From: Amphiscolops sp. MND2022
Taxonomy: Eukaryota
Direction: 5' to 3'
DNA length: 64,000 nucleotides
Assembly: GCA_964187785.1 (NCBI GenBank)
Contig: OZ076409.1
Span: 66,652,001 to 66,716,000, forward strand
Numbering within the stretch: the first letter of the stretch is position 1; each line of letters starts with the position of its first letter. The position numbers and the translations under genes are program-made. Shown here one piece after another: positions 23,801-38,800 of this stretch. A model generated the notes under the pieces. That model ran no database searches. It had not been told where the DNA came from and was given only the letters and a program-made list of their open reading frames with translations.

Positions 23801-26800
23801 ACAAATTGGAAGCAATTAGCAAAATCCACATACCAAAAACTGAAAAAGAATTAATATCATTCCTGGGAGCTATCCAATACCTATCAAAATACATGCAAAA
23901 CTTGTCAGCAAACACCGATATTCTGAGAAAATTGCTGAAGAAACAAAACGATTGGATATGGACGGACAAACACACCGAAGCATTAAACAAATTAAAAGAA
24001 GGTATTACAAAAATACCATGCTTAGCACACTAATCCCCTCAGAGTGAAAACATAATTACAACAAACGCCAGCACGGAAGGATTGGGAGCAACTCTTTGGC
24101 AGAAACAAAAAACTGGCGAATTAAAACTGATCTGATTCGCAAGTCGATTTTTATCCAATACGGAGAAGAAGTACAAAATAAACGAACTGGAACTGCTAGC
24201 AGTACTCTGGGGACTGGAACACTTCAGACTACATATTTACAGAAAACCAATCGAGATATTAACAGATCACCAAGCGCTGGAACCACTCATTAAAAGAAAC
24301 ATGTCAAAAAAACCTACAGCGCAAAACTAACAATATGGTTAGATCGTTTGGCTCATTTCGATTTAAATATCAAACACATCACCGGAAAACATTTGAAGCT
24401 AACAGACTATTTGAGCAGAAATACAATATCAAAGCCAGAGCCTATTGAAAGATACGACGAAGAGTGCGTAATTAATTGCATACTACCATTACTTGAGTTC
24501 TTCAGTAATTACGGCAACATCACCGGTAAGTTGAATTCAGAAGCTAGAACGGACCAAATTAGGAAGTGTGAACAGAAATTCAACCAATCAGCATCAAGCA
24601 AAATGAACGAACCGAAGTATGTAGCAAACAAAACAAACAAGCGCAGTTCGTTGCTACCTCAACTTAATACAGTCAATCAAAGCACAATTAACATCTTGCA
24701 AACCAACCACGAAACAACAATGGTCATTCTCATATGCTGCATTGAACAAAATGAAACAGATGATCCATCGGAAGGAACAACTAACAAACCGTTGGAAAGA
24801 AGTGGTAGAACCCGGAGAATAAAGAACGTCTAATGGAGTCTGGAAAAAGTACAATCCGCAAAACATCACGGAGCGGAAATAAAACGAATCGAAATGATGT
24901 TAAATCAAAGAAGAAATAGACTGCTCTGGGACTGCATGGAAGAACAAGATGAAGAACCGGAGGAAGACACCACACGAAGACAAGAGCTAAACAGGGTGAT
25001 AGAAAAAATTAGAAGCATGCCGCAAAAACAAGAAGGAGAATAACCAGGAACAAACGACGGCACGTAAGAGACAATTGAGACAGAATCAACAAGTTCATAT
25101 GAATCATTTGGCGTCCCAGCAGTCAACTTCAGGAAACACCTCGGGACAACCAGTGTGGGGTATATTCAGATGGCACAGGCCAGTCACATCCAAAATGAAG
25201 ATAGATGGGACCTGGAGTAGAGTATCAGGCAAGTGGAGCAACAATTAACTTCAGACCTGAAAACCATTGCCACAGAAACAAATAATGGCGAAAAGTTACT
25301 GAAAACACTGGAATGCTTGGAGAAAAGAACGTTGGAACAAATACCTGACGAATACGAGCCATACCAGAAACAGTTGTCAACGAGATTCGTCGTGGTATTT
25401 TTTGATGACCAAATTTTAATCCCGAAGGATCTGAGAACAACTATAATTATGTTCCTACACAAAGGAAACGCGGCCATCAACAAGATGACGGCAGTGGCGA
25501 AACCATGCTGGTGGCCACGGATAACACGAGACACACAGCAAAATGCGATGAATGCGTTTCGTGTAAAATGGCAGGTAAGAACATTAAACCACAATTGCCG
25601 AAGACCGAAATTAACTACTAACCACCGGTAGATAAAATATACTGAGAAATCTAATTGGATTTCATTGGACCAATAAGAGTTAAGCACAATAGATTTTACA
25701 TATTACTTTCAATAAACAGGTACAGCAGATGACCGGGTGCATGCTATTGTGAAGCACCGACAGAACGAACAGCAAAAAAAATTTTGAAACAAGATGTTAC
25801 ACTGAATAGCGTACCACAAACCATTACAACAGATAAAGGCACTGCCTTCACTGGAAAAGAATTGAGAACTCTGTAAATATCTAAACATTAATTTAATCTA
25901 TGGAACACCATATCTACACACACCAACCGGACTGATGGAATGGGGTATTAGAACACTAAAGGGATACCTCCGAACGAACCTAGAGGAAGGACACAACATG
26001 AACGACGCATTAGGTCGTTCACTAAATGTAATGAGAACAACGGTCTATTCTAGCCTAACGGAACCACCGTTCGAACGTCATTACGGCAGAAAACGACGAA
26101 CGGAATTCCATAATTGTTTAAATGTGTCACCCAATAAACATTACAATGTTTCAGCGAGACCAGAGACGCTACAAGTCTATTCCTTTACCAATAGAAACGG
26201 AGCATACGAATAACTCGTAATGAAAGCCTCGAGAAAACTAAAGGAAGACGTAAGTAATAAAATCCATGCTTATTCCTCCAAAAAAACGCAACAGAGATAA
26301 ATTTGAAAGTGTGTACGAATACAAACCACAAACCGAGGTAGCGGGAACGAAACACACAATAGTAACGGATACAAACAAAATAATACATAGAAAACGAATA
26401 AGCAAACCTTTGAACTCAAAATTTCAGAACCCTCTTATCACGACGAGGGGGAAACCCGAGGGGGAAAAATTGGAGATTTGTACAGCCGGAACAATTAGAA
26501 GACAATGACATAACAGCAGAACACTCGGAGAGAAGCAGTACACCGGTGCTAGAAGAAAGTGTGCTGGATAATACACCGGAAATAGAGAACACAACAATCA
26601 GTACAGTGTAGGGCAGAAGCCGAAAAAAACTAAATAGGGACAGAAGCACCACTACAACACCAAAACCCGGACCGGAAATCAACGCAAGACCAACCACGGA
26701 GGACAACCCGAACGTGATCACTGTGGTGGATCAAAACGGTATCACCGATTTAATAAAAACTGAAAACATAGAACAAACTGATAACCAGAACGAACAAAAT

Positions 26801-29800
26801 ATCCGAAAATCAACTAGACTAAGATCAGCAAATCCAACAAATAGATACGGTAACCCAATCACATTCTGCCTATTAGAGGTAACACTGTTAATAATTGGAG
26901 CAACCACGATCGCCAGTAGAAAACCCATGATGCAACGACCGGAAGAATTGGAGAATAAAAACCCAGAAAAGGAAGAAGAAGAGGACTATACGGTAGAAAC
27001 CGTATATAAAATATTGCTAAATAATCGAATCATTCGGTCCAACTATTATCGTTTGAAATTTGAGTTTTTTTTTGTAATAACTCTTTATAGTTATAATTAT
27101 ACATGTAGTTACTTCCTAAAGAAGGGGAATGTGGCATGACGTCACTTCATGCAATACTTTACATGTATACTATAAACAGTAGCTGTGACAATTTAGTACC
27201 TGTCAACAACGCTACGACTCAACATTGTGCTGACCAATTCATTAACTTTTCAATACTCCTATTGAACAGAATAGATTCTACAGCACTACCCTTGTTTTCC
27301 TATCGTGTTCCTAAGATACAACCATTGACTTGTTGTTCATTAAAAGACTGAACAGATCATGCATGCCATGACTAATTCTGGCGATTTTACATATTACTTC
27401 CAATAAATTGGTACAACAGATGGCCGAATGCGTGCTATTGTGAAGCACCGACAGGAAGAACAGCAAAAAAATTGGAACAAACTGTTACACTGAATGGCGT
27501 ACCACAAACCATTAGAACAGATAAAGGCACTGCCTTTACTGGAAACGAATTGATAACTCTTTAAATCTCTAAACATTAATTGATTCTATGGAACACCACA
27601 TCTACACACACCAAACGGACTGGTGGAAAGGGGTATTAGAACACTAAAAGTATACCTCCGAACGAACCTAGAGGAATGACACAACATAAACGACGCATTA
27701 GGCCGTTCACTAAAATGTTATGACAACAACGGTCTATTCTAGGATAAAAGAACCACCGTTCGAACGTCATTACGGCAGAAAACGCCAAACGGAATCCCAT
27801 ATATATTTAAATGTGTCACCCAATAAACATTACAATGTTTCAGCGAGACCAGAGACGCTACAAGTCTATTCCTTTACCAATTGAAACGGAGCATACGAAC
27901 AACTCGTAATGAAAGCCCCGAGAAAACTAAAAAAGACTTAAGTAATAAATTTCCATACTTATTCCTTGAAAATAAACGCAACATAGATAACTTTGAAAGT
28001 GTGTACGAAAACAAACCACAAACCGCGGTAGCGGGAACGAAACACTCTATAGTAACGGATACAAACAAAATAATAAACAGAAAACGAACAAGCAAACCTT
28101 TGAACTCAATATTTCAGTTCCCCTTATCACGACGAAGGGGAAACCCGAGGGGAAAATGGGAGATTTGCACACCGGAACAATTAGAAGACAATGGTACAAC
28201 AGCAGAACACTCGGAGAGATGCAGTACACCGGTGCTAGAAGAAAGTGTGCTGGATAATACACCGGAAATAGAGAACACAACAATCAGTCCAGTGTACGGC
28301 AGAAGCCGAAGAAAACTAACCAGGGACAGAAGCACCACTACAACACCAACACCCGGACCGAAAATCATCACAAGACGAACCACGGAAGACAACCGAACGT
28401 GATCACTGTGGTGGATCAAAACGTTAACACCGATTTAGTAAAAACTCAAAACATAGAACAAACCGATAACCAGAACAAACAAAATATCGTTACAGGTAAC
28501 TTCGTTAAAAAATGGAGCAACCACGATCTCCAGTAGAAAGTAGAAAACCCATGATGCAACGACCGGAAGAATTGGAGAATGAAAACCCAGAAAAGGAAGA
28601 AGAAGAGGACTATACGGTAGAAACCGTAGATAAATTATTGCTAAATATTCGAATCATTCGGTCCTACTATTATCGTTTGAAATTTGAGTTTATTATTGTG
28701 ATACTTCTTTATAGTTATGAATCTACATGTAGTTACTTCCTGAAGAACGGGGATTGTGGCATGACGTCACTTCATGCAATACTTTACATGTATACTATAA
28801 ACAGTAGCTGTGACAATTTAGTACCTGTCAACAACGCTACGACTCAACATTGTGCTGACCTCTTCATTAACCTTTGAATACTCTTATTGAACAGAATAGA
28901 TTCTACAGCAATACCCTTGTTTTCTTATCGTATTCCTAAGATACAACCAAAGACTTGTTGGTCATTAAAAGACTGAACAGATTATGCATGCCTTGACTAG
29001 TTCTGGCGTCTGAAGATAGCTGACAATATGAGGTTTTACAAAAGTTAAATGCTAATCAAAATATTGGTATTGAAAACTTTCTAATCTGCCATTTGAAAAA
29101 TATTTTTTAGCTGTTGGCTCTTTTTCGATCATTCCGAAATTAACTTTTTTTTCTTGAAATTTTCTTCATTCATCGCTTCATTTAAGAGTTCCAATACTTA
29201 CTAATTAACTAGACTAAATTTGTAAACGTATTGAAAAAATAGAGTTTGAAATTCTAGCTTGAAGGAAATTTTAAGTCTATCCATCTATCCATTTGCTTGA
29301 GCCTATATAGACGACGATATCGAAAACTAGTCATTTTCGTTCTCGTTTTCATCCACCATGAAAAAAATGTCAAGTCAAATTCTGTTACCTTTGAATACCC
29401 ATCCCAGTGGTTACCATGTACTCTGAGTCGCTCTCCCTTTCGCAGAGGAATTTCCCCTTTGGATGCATTGAACAGGGTGTGGTCACTGGTGGCATGCCAG
29501 AATCGGGCACCTTGGCCAGCGTAATAGTAGAGGTCATCCAGAGACTGGTAACGCCATCCTGCGTCTTCCGTTCTTCTGTACACCTAAATTGTAATGATGG
29601 CTGATGAGGAAAAGAGAACAACAAAAAATTATTCAGTTTTTAAGCTGGACGATAAAAATGCATTCCTTGCAAGAATCTTGCAAGATCCTTGCAAATCACA
29701 CACGTTTTTCCTTGCAAGGAAATTAATTGGAAGAATCTTGCAAGAACCTTTCAAATAATCTATTTTCAAACCAAAAACCCAATCCCAGTCAAAAAAGATC

Positions 29801-32800
29801 ATACATCCCCATTCACAATTCAATAGGTAAAATCTAAACATCATGAACGCAAGTTCTTCAAAAAGTTGAGAAATTTCAGAGCCAGTTGAAAGTTGGATTC
29901 AGTTGAAAGCATCTGAAAAAGGAATCGGATCCTCACATAAACAAATGACTCATGAATCAACTTGAAACATTGTGAGTCATCTTCGAAAACAAATTTTGTG
30001 AAACTACAGTTTGAAGTGATCCTATAAAATAATGAACGTTGAATGTAATTTTTCAATATCTATCTGAAAAACAAATTAGCCTTTTCAATTCCTCGTTTTG
30101 AACGTCTGATATACGAATGAAGATCGGCACTTTAAAATTTATTTGGTCCTCACAATTTTCTAAAAAATACTTGAGCATCTGTAGAAACAACAATGTCTGG
30201 GTAAAAATACCGCCTTATCTGCCAAACAGTGCAGAGAAAGTAAAATTATAAGGAAAGATAGTGCGGATTTTTTTTGGCACCAGCACGTAAAGGTAGCAAA
30301 TAAAGAACATTTTAGTTTAATCACTTTCTCCCACGCTGAAATACTTCAGGCAAGCAAATTTAAAATATTTCTGGCAGATTTCTGAGCATTAGGGAAACTG
30401 AAAAATTGTTTCCAATGTACTCCAAAACTGCAATCAATGGGAAGCTATCATCGACTCAAATGAAAACAGATCATGAGATGTGTGAACCAACAGGTGAAAA
30501 GCGTGTCACTTCATCCTAGAAAAACCTCCGTCACCAAGATTGAATAAAACCAATTTTTGAACAAAGTTGATTATTTGGAGGCTTCCCAGCTGTGACCAAT
30601 ATGAGTAATCGAGCCGGAAATAAACGTTAGTAGTTTCCCATCACACCAATTTAACCACTCTCTTAATCAATGAACCGAAACGTCAGGTTATTCATAAGTG
30701 GAGCTGGAAGGCTTACAGATGCTGGGAAACCCAGGGTCTTTTCTGTGTTCGCCCACCGCCAAAATTTTTGGAATGAAACTTTCAAAATTATTCCCATTCG
30801 CTTTTCAATAATGGTTTTTTTATTACAGGAAATTAACTCCAATTGGAATAGTCTCATAGTTCGAACAAAAAATTTTCACACGTTTGGACTCGCTTTGGAT
30901 TACGCTTGAATTAACTGTTCTTTGTGACTCAAAATTTGAAGCTGTTGATTTTGTGAACAAAGTCCTCGTAAGGGGAAACAAAAAGACGGAATATTTCTTC
31001 AGACCCTAAATTCTCACCCTAGAAAAAAATATAAAAGTAAAGCTTTCATGGTTTGAGATCAAATTCCAGTGGTAATTTCATTTTTCTCCCAAAAAAACTC
31101 ATGTTAGTTGAGGGGCGGGAAAGAGATAAAACTCCTTCGAGAAAACGTTTCATCAAATTAGCTGGAACAGCTAAAAATATTCAAAATAATTTGTACCAAT
31201 GTAACGACAAGCTAGTGGCGTACATACTAGAACTGGCATAATGCCTAAGTTGCCTTACCAGGAGAGCATGGTCTTAATACAACTCTGGACATACAACTCT
31301 CCTAGGGGACTTTTCTTACGTTGAGGATCCTCATTTAGAGCTCTGTGGCGACGTGCCGGCACACTGAAAGCCGGACACTTCCCACAAGCGCGTAAAAACG
31401 AATCCTAAAGTTCCTGCGACTTCCTACATACTCCAAACTTCTGATGTCCATAAAGGGTATTCAGATAGAGTACTTTCTATTAGTAGTAGTAAAGATGTAC
31501 ATGTGCAAAAAGTCAGAGAGGTAATGAACATGTTAGACAAAGCGATTTTGCAATTGAAAGTAGATAAAAGTAATGTAGCTTGTAAAAAAGATTGACTGGC
31601 TTGGGTTTGAATTGTCGGGGAGTCGCATTGCCCCAGTAAACGGCAAAGTCCAGGGAATTAGTGAAAAACTACGACCAACCGAAATAAAGGAACTTAGATT
31701 GTTTCTAGGAGCAGTAAACCAATTAAACAAATTTGTAGCAGACCTTGCCAGTATTTACTTTCCTTTTAGATCAATTCTGAAGAAAGAAATTCCGTGGATT
31801 TGGACGGAACAGCATGATGCGGCGTTTTTAAAAGTTAACCAACAATTGAAGAAAATTACAGGAATGACACATTTTAAAAGAGATAGACCAATTAGAACAA
31901 TTTGCGATGCAAGCGAAAAAGCGTATGGAGCAGTACTTCAGCAACAGCAAAGTTACCAAGATTGGGAACCTGTGTCATTTGGATCTAGATGTTTAACTGA
32001 GTTCAAGTCCAAGTATTCAATCAGTGAGTTAGAATTGTTGGCCGTCGTGTGGGCCAGTGAACACTTCAAAAACGATGTGTATTTCAAGTCATTTCAGAGG
32101 ATAAAGCGTTGTCATCGGTGTTGAAAACAAATAGGGGTAATAAAACGATTTCCAGCCGGCTAACGAGATCGACCGCATATTACCGTTCGAATTCGAAGTA
32201 ACCCACGGCCTCGGACGAGTGTTAGGCTTTGCCGATTACCTGTCAAGGCACCCCAGTGAAAAAAAGGGAGCAACGATCTAAGCGAAGAAGCTGTGGAAAG
32301 ACTGGTTCACCGTAAACGTCCTTTCTACTTTTACTAATTTCAAGGGTTACGGCCAAATCGAGGGCGACGCAGAAAGAGAAAATATTGACACGCGCAAAAG
32401 ATTCAGTATTGAAAGTTGAATGTGAGAAAGGCAGCGGAGCAACGGCAAGCAATGAGAAGCACGATATGCGACAGCCAATCAAATCGAAGAACGGTCGAGT
32501 TAAGAACAACGCGATAGAAATTAGTGGTACGTATAATCCTGTGAATAGAAAAGAAAACAAATCGAGCATGAATGCGGCAATTGATATAAATAAATGAAGC
32601 GTTCTTACTGGCTAGTTACGAGGCCAAACAATTGCAGAAATCTATAAATTCGATACAAACCCGGGAAGGGGGAAAAATTTCTAGACTACCGTAGCCTTGG
32701 AGAGAAAAGTTCAATTCTCTGATTCTGGATAATCGCAATTTCCTTCACATGGACAATCGTCTTGTAAATCCGTTAAATCTTCGCGCGTTTATAATGAGCG

Positions 32801-35800
32801 CCATATATTACGGCCATCCCGGAAAGAAAACAACGCTCAGAGGAATAGCTGACGTTTGGTGGCCAAAATCTACCGCGAGGCCATCAATACCGATTCTGCG
32901 AAGACAGCAGCCAGGCAGGTAAGAGCATTGAAGTACTTCAAAAACCAATCGAATACGGAAAATTTTCACCGTCATAGGAACCGAATGAAGAGATCGCCAT
33001 AGATTTCGCCGGTCCGTTTTAGAATGCCAATTACGGAAAATATATTTGCTAGTGTTGTTAAGTATCTTTTCAGCTTGGCCGGACGCAATGTTATTACACG
33101 AACCAACAACTGAAAAAATGATCGATTTTTTTTAAAAATACATGGCACAGTACGGGATTCCAAATAGGATAAAGTCGGACCCCGGGACGATCTTTATGAG
33201 CGAACAATTCAAACAATTTTGCCAGCGGTTTTGCATAAAACACGTAACATATCCGGTGAGAGATCACCGAGTGAATGATAAGATCGAAATGCTGACCAGG
33301 ACCATAAAAGATAGGGAAGAAGGCGAACGAGATATCCCCGTTCGAAAAACAACATGGAAGAGAGCCGAATACGGTCAAAAGTAATATTGTGAATCAATTG
33401 TTAGGGATGTCAAAGGGTGTTTTGGAACAGGACAGCAGAGCCACTTTTGCAGCCTCGGATTTCGAAGAAGATATTGACTCTACCATTTTGGTGAGAGAGA
33501 TAGCTCGAAGCAGCAAATTGGAACCGGCATTTTCCAAGAAAAGCGGAGGGGTACTCGAAGAGACAGAGCACACAATCACCTTCCTACCGCAAGCGAAAAG
33601 GAAGGCTTCCAAATCAGCCGAAGGAGATATGGCGAAGGCCATTAGCCCCCCAAAGGAGTTGGAAGAAGGGAAGAGAAAGAAGGTGGCGAAGGTCAGTGAG
33701 ACGCCGAGAGAAGTGACAATAATGAAGGAAATGTTGGACGATGAAATGTCAGTTCCAACGTCTGACAAATTAAGCGAAATAACTCCATTTGAAACAAATT
33801 TGGAATCAGATAAAGAAACATCCTCGGAAGAGGAAAACAACAAAAGTGAAGATGAGCCGTGATGTTCAAAGACAACATTGGTGGAAGAGATCCCAATTCA
33901 AGGCTTGGTGGCGAAACCTGAGAAAGTGGCAAAACAGAAGAAGTCCACATGTGCTGTCGAGAAAGCCAACTCCGCGGGAGCAACCTAACAGAAGGAGGGG
34001 AGCCATCCAGCGGTATGGCCTTGATGTGATAATGGCTAGAAGACCAAGAGAAAATTCCTAAAAAGGTAAAAATTTAATCAGTCATGAACGAACACCTTAA
34101 CATAAAACAGTACATTGAAGTTGTTAATCGAATACATTTGATATTTAGAGTACATTTACTTTCAATACCTGAAGCTACCTTACTATAACATTAAAACTTT
34201 AACATACAAAGTGCAGTGATTAACATCTTACAGTACCCTGTAAACCTAACATTGTTGTAATTTATTTATTGAACCATCATTGGAAGTTACCCTTGTCATT
34301 GTTAATTAAAAGGGGAGTGTTCTAGAGTGTGAACAGTGCAAAAACAGACATATTTAGAAACATGTTAGTATTAGATGTCAAGAGAACTATAGACCATTAT
34401 TCATTCTTTTGAAAAATTGCTGTTGCCATTTACATTACAATTACATTTCGACATTCTACACATTGCATCAATCTTGATACATTCTTTAAATAATCAACGT
34501 TTTCATCCTCGAGACGAACTTCAACAAGTGAAAACAAGGGATCTAGCAAATCCAAACCTCATCGTACACCTGCTACTAAGTATTATTCAATCACAGAGAA
34601 TGCCAATACAAACATCTGTTAAAGTCTCAAAGAGTTTTCGATTATGCGGAACAGTACGTGGCAACGTTGCACCTTCCTTTTCGGCTCCGGGCGTGTCCGC
34701 AAGTCTGCCAAACTCTCGGACGTAATATTTTGGAAGAAATGGGCGTAACACTGGGTATTCTAGGGCTTTTTGGGTATTCCGGGGGTACTCTGTCCATATG
34801 TTTTGGCTTTCGGGGTGTTCTCTCTCTCTCTCTCCTTCGCTCGTGCATCGTCTTCTGAATTGGTTCTGAGCTACCTGCCAGATCGGCCATGTCAATATTC
34901 GAATTTTTGATTTGTTTTTAAAAAAAGGTCCCCTGTCACAAGGCTGCTGGACGTTACACAATTTGCCCTACGAGTTTTAGGTTTCAGATGAAATAAAATG
35001 ATACCTTTATTACGCTACCAGCATTACATTCAACAGAGTGTCACCATGTTTTTTCTGTATGCTTTCAGAAGCTGAAAACGAGGACTTAATTGTCCATCAG
35101 GAATGGGAAAGGATACAACCTTTCATCGGATCGCATATTTACTTCTCCTTGGAACGGAAGCTAAACTACCTACTGCAACTCAAAGTGCATAAAAGATCTC
35201 AACCATACAAAAATCTTTTCAATCCTCTGGACCCTAACTTTGAAGCCCTTCTTAAATGCAATAGAAGTTTTGCTGACAGTGAACAAACCATTGATAAAAA
35301 CTGGTTCTATGGGAGTATATTCTCAGTTGCAAACGGTTGGTTTCCTTTGCAAAAGGGGAAACTAATTTTCGTGAACTACCAGGAGAGAGTTAGTTTTAGC
35401 AACCAAGCTCCGAACCTTGTTTACGCTCCTTCTGGTGCATATATCCAGGGCTACAGGGGCAAAATTTGGTTCGCACCCGAAGGTTACTTCGTCGACAGGG
35501 GTACTCTGGAATCACCGAATTTTCCAGATTTATTCAGCAATGAAGTCAGGGGTGTTATGAAAGTTACTCATAGGAGAAATGGGAGCATTTTAAAATTTAA
35601 AATGAGGAAAGTGAGAAAAAAAATGAATTACTGTAAAAACAAAATTATATTAAATCATTCTCTAATTCCTAACGAAAGCTCTACGAATTGAAAGTACCGA
35701 AAACTTAAGTGAATGAATAAATGTTTTTTAAATCCACATTTTAAGATTGATCTACGAACAAATATTCAAGTTTTTATGCGAATAAATTCATGGAGAAATT

Positions 35801-38800
35801 TTCGAACTGACTCATTTGTTTAGTAGCGGAGGTTTCCAGACTTAAGTTTACAACACCTAACTATTTTTCTAGTCGGCGCTTTCATATAATAAAAGAGCCC
35901 GAGTATTACAGTCACTCGTTTTTTCGTCACGTTATATTCGAACAGTATATTCCATGACGTCCAACGCATATTCTAGAAACTGCGCTTTTTGAGCATTAGA
36001 TATAGCGCCGACTATAGACGTTCCCGTCTTGTTCTATATTTATAAACAAACCTTCGTAATATCTAAAACATAGGACGTGTATTCATATGCAAAATTCATG
36101 GAAGAAAACAGATCAAGATAAGTTTACGACTTTGTTCCCACAAAATTTTCAGTGTCGACGAGTAATACTTGCATCTTCAACAAGACACCAACCGGGCGAC
36201 GGGATATTTTTTTGCGCCATACTTCATTAGCGGTGACATATTCTTGAGGCTCGAGCATAGTCAAAAACTGCAAAATTTGTACAAAAGATCGAAAATGTTA
36301 AAAAATTTACTTTTTTGACGTTTTAATATTTTTGCGAGAAAATGCAAGTCTTTGTGTGCAAAAAGCTAACTGTCTTAATGAATGTGGAATTCTGTGGATA
36401 CTCATTCCCACGCACAAAAAAATCAAAAACACAAAATTTCATGAAACGGTCAAAAACAAAAAAAATATGAAACATTTTATTTCATTTTGAGCATCTTATT
36501 CGTAAAAATCCGAATTTTGTCTTTATCATGGAATATGCAGTGTAGTCTAAAGTTCTGTTGTTAATTTTTAAATATACTCATACAGAGGTACAAAAATTGT
36601 ACAAAAATTTCTAAAACGGTAACAAATGGAACAATGTTTGGCTTTTTAACCTTTTTTTCCGAATCTTAATGAGTCTTAATGAAGCGTGCTGCGTAAATTT
36701 CGATATTCAACCCAGAATTTCTAACCCATTTAAGAGTACAGCTAAGGCATGGAAAGCCACAATTCGAAACGTTTGACATTTTCGAGGGCATTTTGGTACA
36801 TTCTGGCGCGTACGGCGACAATTCAAAGTCAGTCGAAAAATAGACATTTCATATCAATCAAAATTCTCATCAAAACACTTTAGAATATGATTTTATTTTA
36901 AACATTAGTGCCTTGGATAATGAATTCATTATCACACCCGGATCAAAAAGATTGTAGAGAAAATATTCTTTGTAGAAAGAATTCAATGTGAAATGATTCC
37001 AAATAAGTTTTAGATAATGTAATGGCAATTAATTATAAAATGTTCAGAAGTATCTTTAGGAATTGTACTACCTATCGACAAACCTGATACGAGTTGTCGC
37101 GTTTTTAGTCCGCTCGTTCCGTGCCCGACTTTTACAGTGGGTAGTTTTTTTTCAGTTCCCCCTGAATGGTCCACTTTTTTGTTCACTTGTTCAAACATTT
37201 TCAAAGTTCGGATATAACGTTTTCAACTTCGGATGTAACGCTTTCAAGTTCGGATGTAATGTTTTCAGAGTTCGGATATAACGTTTCCAATGTTCGGACT
37301 TAACGTTTTAAAAGTTCGGATAAAACGTTTTCAAAGTTCGTATGTAACGTTTTCAAAGTTCGAATGTAACGTTTTCAAGATCGGATGTAACGTTTTCAAG
37401 TTCGGATGTAACGCTTTCAAGTTCGGATGTAATGTTTTCAGAGTTCGGATATAACGTTTTCAAAGTTCGGATATACCGTTTTCAAAGTTCGGATTTAACA
37501 TCTTAAAAGTTCGGATATAACGTTTTCGAAGTTCGTATGAAACGTTTTCAAAGTTCGGATGTACCGTTTTCAAGTTCGGATGTAACGTTTTCAAGTTCGG
37601 ATGTAACGCTTTCAAGTTAGGATGTAATGTTGTCAGAGTTCGGATATAACGTTTTAAAAGTTCGGATATAACGTTTTCAAAGTTCCTATGTAACGTTTTC
37701 AAAGTTCGGATGTAACGTTTTCAAGTTCGGATGTAACGTTTCCAAGTTCGGATGTAACGCTTTCAAGTTCGGATGTAATGTTTTCAAAGTTCGGATATAA
37801 CGTTTTCGAAGTTCGGATATAACGTTTTCAAAGTTCGGATTTAACATTTTAAAAGTTCGGATATAACGTTTTCAAAGTTCGTATGTAACGTTTTCAAAGT
37901 TCGGATGTAACGTTTTCAAGTTCGGATGTAACGTTTTCAAGTTCGGATATAACGTTTTCAAAGTTCGGATTTAAAGTTTTAAAAGTTCGGATATAACGTT
38001 TTCAAAGTTCGTATGTAACGTTTTGAAAGTTCGGATGTAACGTTTTCAAGTTCGGATGTAACGTTTTCAAGTTCGGATGTAACGCTTTCAAGTTCGGATG
38101 TAATGTTTTCAGAGTTCGGATATAACGTTTTAAAAGTTCGGATAAAACGTTTTCAAAATTCGTATGTACCGTTTTCAAAGTTCGGATGTAACGTTTTCAA
38201 GATCGGATATAACGTTTTCAAGTTCCGATGTAGCGCTTTCAAGTTCGGATGAAATGTTTTCAGAGTTCGGATATAACGTTTCCAATGTTCGGATATAACG
38301 TTTTCAGAGTTCGGATATAACGTTTCCAATGTTCAGATTTAACGTTTTAAAAGTTCGGATATAACGTTTCCAAAGTTCGTATGTAACGTTTTCAAAGTTC
38401 GGATGTAACGTTTTCAAGTTCGGATGTAACGTTTTCAAGTTCGGATGTAACGCTTTCAAGTTCGGATGTAATGTTTTCAGAGTTCGGATATAACGTTTTA
38501 AAAGTTCGGATAAAACGTTTTCAAAATTCGTATGTAACGTTTTCAAAGTTCGGATGTAACGTTTTCAAGATCGGATGTAACGTTTTCAAGTTCGGATGTA
38601 GCGCTTTCAAGTTCGGATGTAATGTTTTCAGAGTTCGGATATAACGTTTCCAATGTTCGGATATAACGTTTTCAGAGTTCGGATATAACGTTTCCAATGT
38701 TCAGATTTAACGTTTTAAAAGTTCGGATATAACGTTTTCAAAGTTCGTATGTAACGTTTTCAAAGTTCGGATGTAACGTTTTCAAGTTCGGATGTAACGT

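Noticed and set aside
34617..34958. Possible additional solo LTR (TGTT...TACA)
   Set aside because: No matching TSD and no second copy in the window.
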